From Desulfopila sp. (GTDB lineage: Bacteria; Desulfobacterota; Desulfobulbia; Desulfobulbales; Desulfocapsaceae), in NCBI GenBank assembly GCA_041582995.1, contig JBFHGS010000003.1:1318-65317 (forward strand): a stretch of DNA of 64,000 bases, read 5' to 3'. Under the pieces are notes generated by a model that was not told the origin of the DNA, ran no database searches, and was given only the letters and a program-made list of their open reading frames with translations. The position numbers and the translations under genes are program-made. Shown piece by piece: positions 60,556 to 64,000 of this stretch (the stretch's first letter is position 1; each line of letters opens with the position of its first letter).

Positions 60556-60732
60556 TACTCCTCTTTTTCAACGAGAGTGATGGGGTGTCAGGTGTATACA
60601 GAGCAGCGTGTCTTTGCCAACAGTATTTCCCCAGATACAATTACATAGTTAGGTCTTCTACGGATACAGTTCACGCCTCTTCCTTCACGTCCTACTCCTT
60701 ACCCAATCAAACTGAAATTCATAGATAATCGG
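60556..60732 (+). repeat. dispersed element family, copy F; outer arm is the SD of the PAS/GAF/LuxR gene
   Basis: TACTCCTCTTTTTCAacgagagTGATGGGGTGTCAG-78 nt core-GGATACAGTTCACGCCTC-26 nt pyrimidine-rich-ATCAAACTGAAATTCATAGATAATCGG. Minus-strand GAGGAG lies 11 nt before ATG 60546. Confidence 0.75.
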
Positions 60733-61892
60733 ATACATACATCAACTATCAGGAGTTTAAATATTAGATGAGCAATGATTGCAGAATACAACTGCAGTTA
60801 TTTTTACCCCCAAAAATGGCCGACTATCAAACTCTTCGTAAACCATAAAAACGCTTTATTCAAGGTACCATGCAATCTGCAGATTGAGGCGGGTTGCAAA
60901 AAGTAGATACCGCAATAATACTTAAAGAATAGATGTAGACGATGTCCAGACAATAGATATAATTGAACATTATTTATTCGTCCACCACCTGGCATTTGGG
61001 CAGCCGATAGTCCAACTGCTCACTTTTTCTTAATTGATTTGAATTGTCATCTGCCAAAAACGTTCGTTATGGGTTAACCCAGATATTATCCTGCACGAAA
61101 ATCAGAACTTTCTTCTGCGACAGGATATTTCCCCTAAATCGCACCCTTTTGAAAGGTCATATATATTGCTTATTGCACTTGCACTTCCCTGCCGGACCCA
61201 CCATGACCGCCATCGAATATGTTGCAATCGACTTTACGCCATCATCTGTCGCACAGGAACCGACTTAGAGCTCATTGACGGGGTACGAGACATAACATTA
61301 GGCCCCGACACGAACAACTCACAATCGGCCAATTCACAAGAAAAGTCCTCATTCTGTTGCAGATTCCTGCACATCACCAGGAATCTGCAAATACGACTAT
61401 CACTCAATCGGTTAAAGATTATTCCTTTTTCCCGAGGTATTTCTTAGAGGTCTTATCCGGTAAGGCAGCATGAAACTCTCGACAGCAAAAGACGCACACA
61501 AATGTAAAATACTTACACTTACATCTTCAATAATGTAATTTTTTTTACAGGCGTATTTTTTGTCGTCAATGACAAAAGAGACGAAAGTAATGCCATTCCA
61601 AACATAATCGAACAGCCTATACTCCTGAAATTGAATGGATTAATTTCTTTTGTTCATAATTTTAGAATTATTTTTTTCATCAAAATGAAATATGGACAGG
61701 ATGTTGCAATCAAGATGGCGTTACATCACTGCTGGAAACAATTCTGAATTATTTGTTGCTTTAAAAAAAGCTTTAAAAATATTGGGCCTGTTTTGAAATA
61801 TTTTTTTCGAAAAAAATCATGCTGAACTGAATCTCGCCTGACGAAGTGATGAAAAAAGGATTTACACACAAACACTACCTGGAGGTAAAAAA

Positions 61893-62678
61893 ATGAAATT
61901 TGGACGAATCTTACTAGGAAGCTCTTTACTGATTGCTCTTACGCATCCTGCATTGGCAGCAGAGTTAACAGTTGGCGCTAATATGGGTAATGTACCTTGG
62001 GAATTTGTTAACAAAGATAATAAAAACGTAGGCTTTGAGATTGATCTTGCAGAAGAAGTTGGAAAGCGACTTGGTAAAGACGTTGTAATAGAAAATATTC
62101 CATTTAATGGTCTCTTTTCAGCAGTACAATCTGGACGCATTGACATCGCCATGTCTTCAATCACTATCACTGAAAAACGTTTAGAATCTGTGTCCTTTGC
62201 TCAACCGTATTATGACAGTGATCAATCACTTACAACTCTGAGCAAAGATGGCGTATCTGGCCTTAGTGCTCTCGAGGGTAAAGTTATAGGTGTAGACACT
62301 GGTTCAACAGGCGATATGTGGATCTCTCAAAGAGAAGGCGAGTATAAATACAAAACTATTAGCCGATACGAAGGACTGGCACCAGCAATGCTGGATCTTG
62401 CAGCTCACCGTATTGACGCCTACATAAGTGATATCCCGGCCGTTCAGTATTATATCCAAGATAAACCGCAGTATACCGTAGCAGAACGGATTCCTACTGA
62501 CGAAAAATACTCAATGATGTTTGCAAAGAACTCTCCTTTATTAGATGAAGTAAACGCAATCCTCAGCGATTTAAAGAAAGAGGGTTTTATTGCTAAAACC
62601 CATGAGAAATGGTTTGGCTTCCCGGCCCCTGCGACCTCTTCAACAATAGAGGTTAGGCCAGTACCTGCCCTAAAGTAA
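61893..62678 (+). CDS. polar amino-acid ABC transporter substrate-binding protein
   Basis: Signal peptide. SBP_bac_3 pattern (GFEIDLAEEVGKRLG, IDIAMSSITIT.KR, D...D..A). Confidence 0.85.
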   Translation: MKFGRILLGSSLLIALTHPALAAELTVGANMGNVPWEFVNKDNKNVGFEIDLAEEVGKRLGKDVVIENIPFNGLFSAVQSGRIDIAMSSITITEKRLESVSFAQPYYDSDQSLTTLSKDGVSGLSALEGKVIGVDTGSTGDMWISQREGEYKYKTISRYEGLAPAMLDLAAHRIDAYISDIPAVQYYIQDKPQYTVAERIPTDEKYSMMFAKNSPLLDEVNAILSDLKKEGFIAKTHEKWFGFPAPATSSTIEVRPVPALK

Positions 62679-62796
62679 AAAGACAAACTATGATGGGGTT
62701 ATACCGGATATGGTGTCCCGCATAACCTCATCATATAGTCACGGCATTCACTGAATAAAAATTTCATCGTTTCTACTAGAGCTACAAAGGGTTTCC

Positions 62797-63471
62797 GTGA
62801 ATATTTTCGAAACATTCTTTAACATACCTGTTCTTATTGATTCTTTCCCTATGCTGATGAGGGGATTAGGGATAACTATAACGCTCGGGGCCCTAAGTAT
62901 TGTATTAGGGTTGATATTAGGCTTAATCTTTGCGCTAATTCGAACATATGGACCACGAAGTCTGCGTTGGTTCGCTTGCGGCTATATCGATATCTTCAGA
63001 TCAATCCCCATTCTAGTTCTTTTAGTGATAATCTACTATGCCTTACCTTTTGTTGGTATCCGTTTGTCTGCTTTTGCAGCTTCAGTAGTAACTCTCTCTC
63101 TTGTCTCTTCCGCGTATACAGCTGAGATATTTCGCTCTGGTATTGAGGCTATCCCAAAAGGCCAGGTTGAAGCATCCCTAGCCCTCGGGTACCGATTTTT
63201 TCCTGCTCTGATAGACATCATTCTCCCACAGGCAATTAAAATTGTCATTCCACCTTTAACCAGCAATTGCATAAATGTTGTTAAAGATACAGCTCTTGCC
63301 TCTGTGGTAGCAATGCCGGATTTGCTTAAACAGGCAACACAGGCTCAAGCCTTGGCTGCCAACCCCTCTCCTTTGATAGGGGCGGCTATTATCTACCTTG
63401 TAATATTACTGCCACTTGTACACCTGGTGAGTCGTTTAGAACGCTACTTAAATGTGAGTCAGAAAAAATGA
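62797..63471 (+). CDS. polar amino-acid ABC transporter permease (HisM/GlnP family)
   Basis: 5-TM protein with EAA-loop-like YTAEIFRSGIEAIPKGQVEASLALG. Confidence 0.88.
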   Translation: MNIFETFFNIPVLIDSFPMLMRGLGITITLGALSIVLGLILGLIFALIRTYGPRSLRWFACGYIDIFRSIPILVLLVIIYYALPFVGIRLSAFAASVVTLSLVSSAYTAEIFRSGIEAIPKGQVEASLALGYRFFPALIDIILPQAIKIVIPPLTSNCINVVKDTALASVVAMPDLLKQATQAQALAANPSPLIGAAIIYLVILLPLVHLVSRLERYLNVSQKK

Positions 63472-64000
63472 GACCTATTATTGAAATTCGTAATTTAAAA
63501 AAGAATTTTGGGAATTTTACTGCACTTAACAATATTAATTTACTCATGTATGAGAAAGAGGTTGTGGTCATCGTTGGCCCATCTGGGTCAGGCAAGTCGA
63601 CTCTGATCAGGTGCATAAATTTTCTGGAAAAGCCTACCGAAGGGGAAATATTTCTTGAAGAATACCCTATCCAGGACGGGCCCAATCTCCCCGAAATCAG
63701 GGCAGATATCGGTATGGTATTTCAAAATTTTAATCTTTTCCCCCACATGACAGTTCTGAAAAATGTTGCACAACCACCGATCAGGGTTCGTCAGATGGGT
63801 CAGAGTGAATCAGAAAAACGCGCAAAGTTGTTACTTGAAAAAGTGGGATTACAAGATCATATCCATAAATATCCTGAACAATTATCGGGCGGTCAACAAC
63901 AGCGGGTAGCTATAGCGCGGGCCATGGCAATGAAGCCACGCGTTCTTCTCTTCGATGAACCTACTTCAGCTCTTGACCCGGAAATGGTTGGAGAAGTCCT
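63468..64000 (+). CDS. amino-acid ABC transporter ATP-binding protein, N-terminal part (runs off window end)
   Basis: Hand translation from ATG 63468 (ATGA overlap with the permease stop): MRPIIEIRNLKKNFG...GPSGSGKSTLIRC (Walker A), LSGGQQQRVAIARA (signature), LLFDEPTSALDPE (Walker B). Not in ORF track because it is open-ended. Confidence 0.9.
   Translation, partial: MRPIIEIRNLKKNFGNFTALNNINLLMYEKEVVVIVGPSGSGKSTLIRCINFLEKPTEGEIFLEEYPIQDGPNLPEIRADIGMVFQNFNLFPHMTVLKNVAQPPIRVRQMGQSESEKRAKLLLEKVGLQDHIHKYPEQLSGGQQQRVAIARAMAMKPRVLLFDEPTSALDPEMVGEV

Overview
Chromosomal segment from an anaerobic, selenocysteine-using bacterium. The gene content (complete nuo operon, NrfD/FeS/multihaem cytochrome modules, many PAS sensors) suggests Desulfobacterota, but this is inference only. 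No rRNA, tRNA, CRISPR array, transposase or integrase was recognised by eye. Core content:
- A quinone-linked NrfD / 4Fe-4S / trihaem cytochrome c module, plus a second NrfD paralog cut by the window start.
- zwf-pgl.
- PBP1B with an adjacent LpoP-like TPR lipoprotein.
- Hemerythrin.
- A selD gene that only reads through if an in-frame TGA is selenocysteine; a SECIS-like hairpin follows the TGA.
- A 13-gene nuoA-N operon (13.0-26.5 kb, minus strand) with fused nuoCD.
- Aspartate kinase, an OmpA-type lipoprotein, and a lytic transglycosylase.
- A ParA-like / small RHH-like / PRiA4_ORF3 trio.
- An AT-rich, gene-poor island (about 39.5-46.4 kb) with an H-NS homolog, an orphan radical SAM/SPASM enzyme and secreted proteins.
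- Malonyl-CoA decarboxylase.
- A cobalamin riboswitch driving a sodium:solute symporter that has an extra C-terminal domain.
- A yqhD/yqhC-like pair, a PAS-rich hybrid histidine kinase and a PAS/GAF/LuxR regulator.
- The start of an amino-acid ABC transporter.

The most unusual signal is not a protein system. It is a dispersed, roughly 140-190 nt intergenic element present in six copies (12.2, 29.1, 39.6, 41.6, 50.9 and 60.6 kb). It has conserved arms, a variable core, and a three-way SD / anti-SD / anti-anti-SD-like complementarity. In two copies its outer arm provides the ribosome-binding site of the downstream gene. All calls come from hand reading of the sequence and the ORF track. No database search was run.
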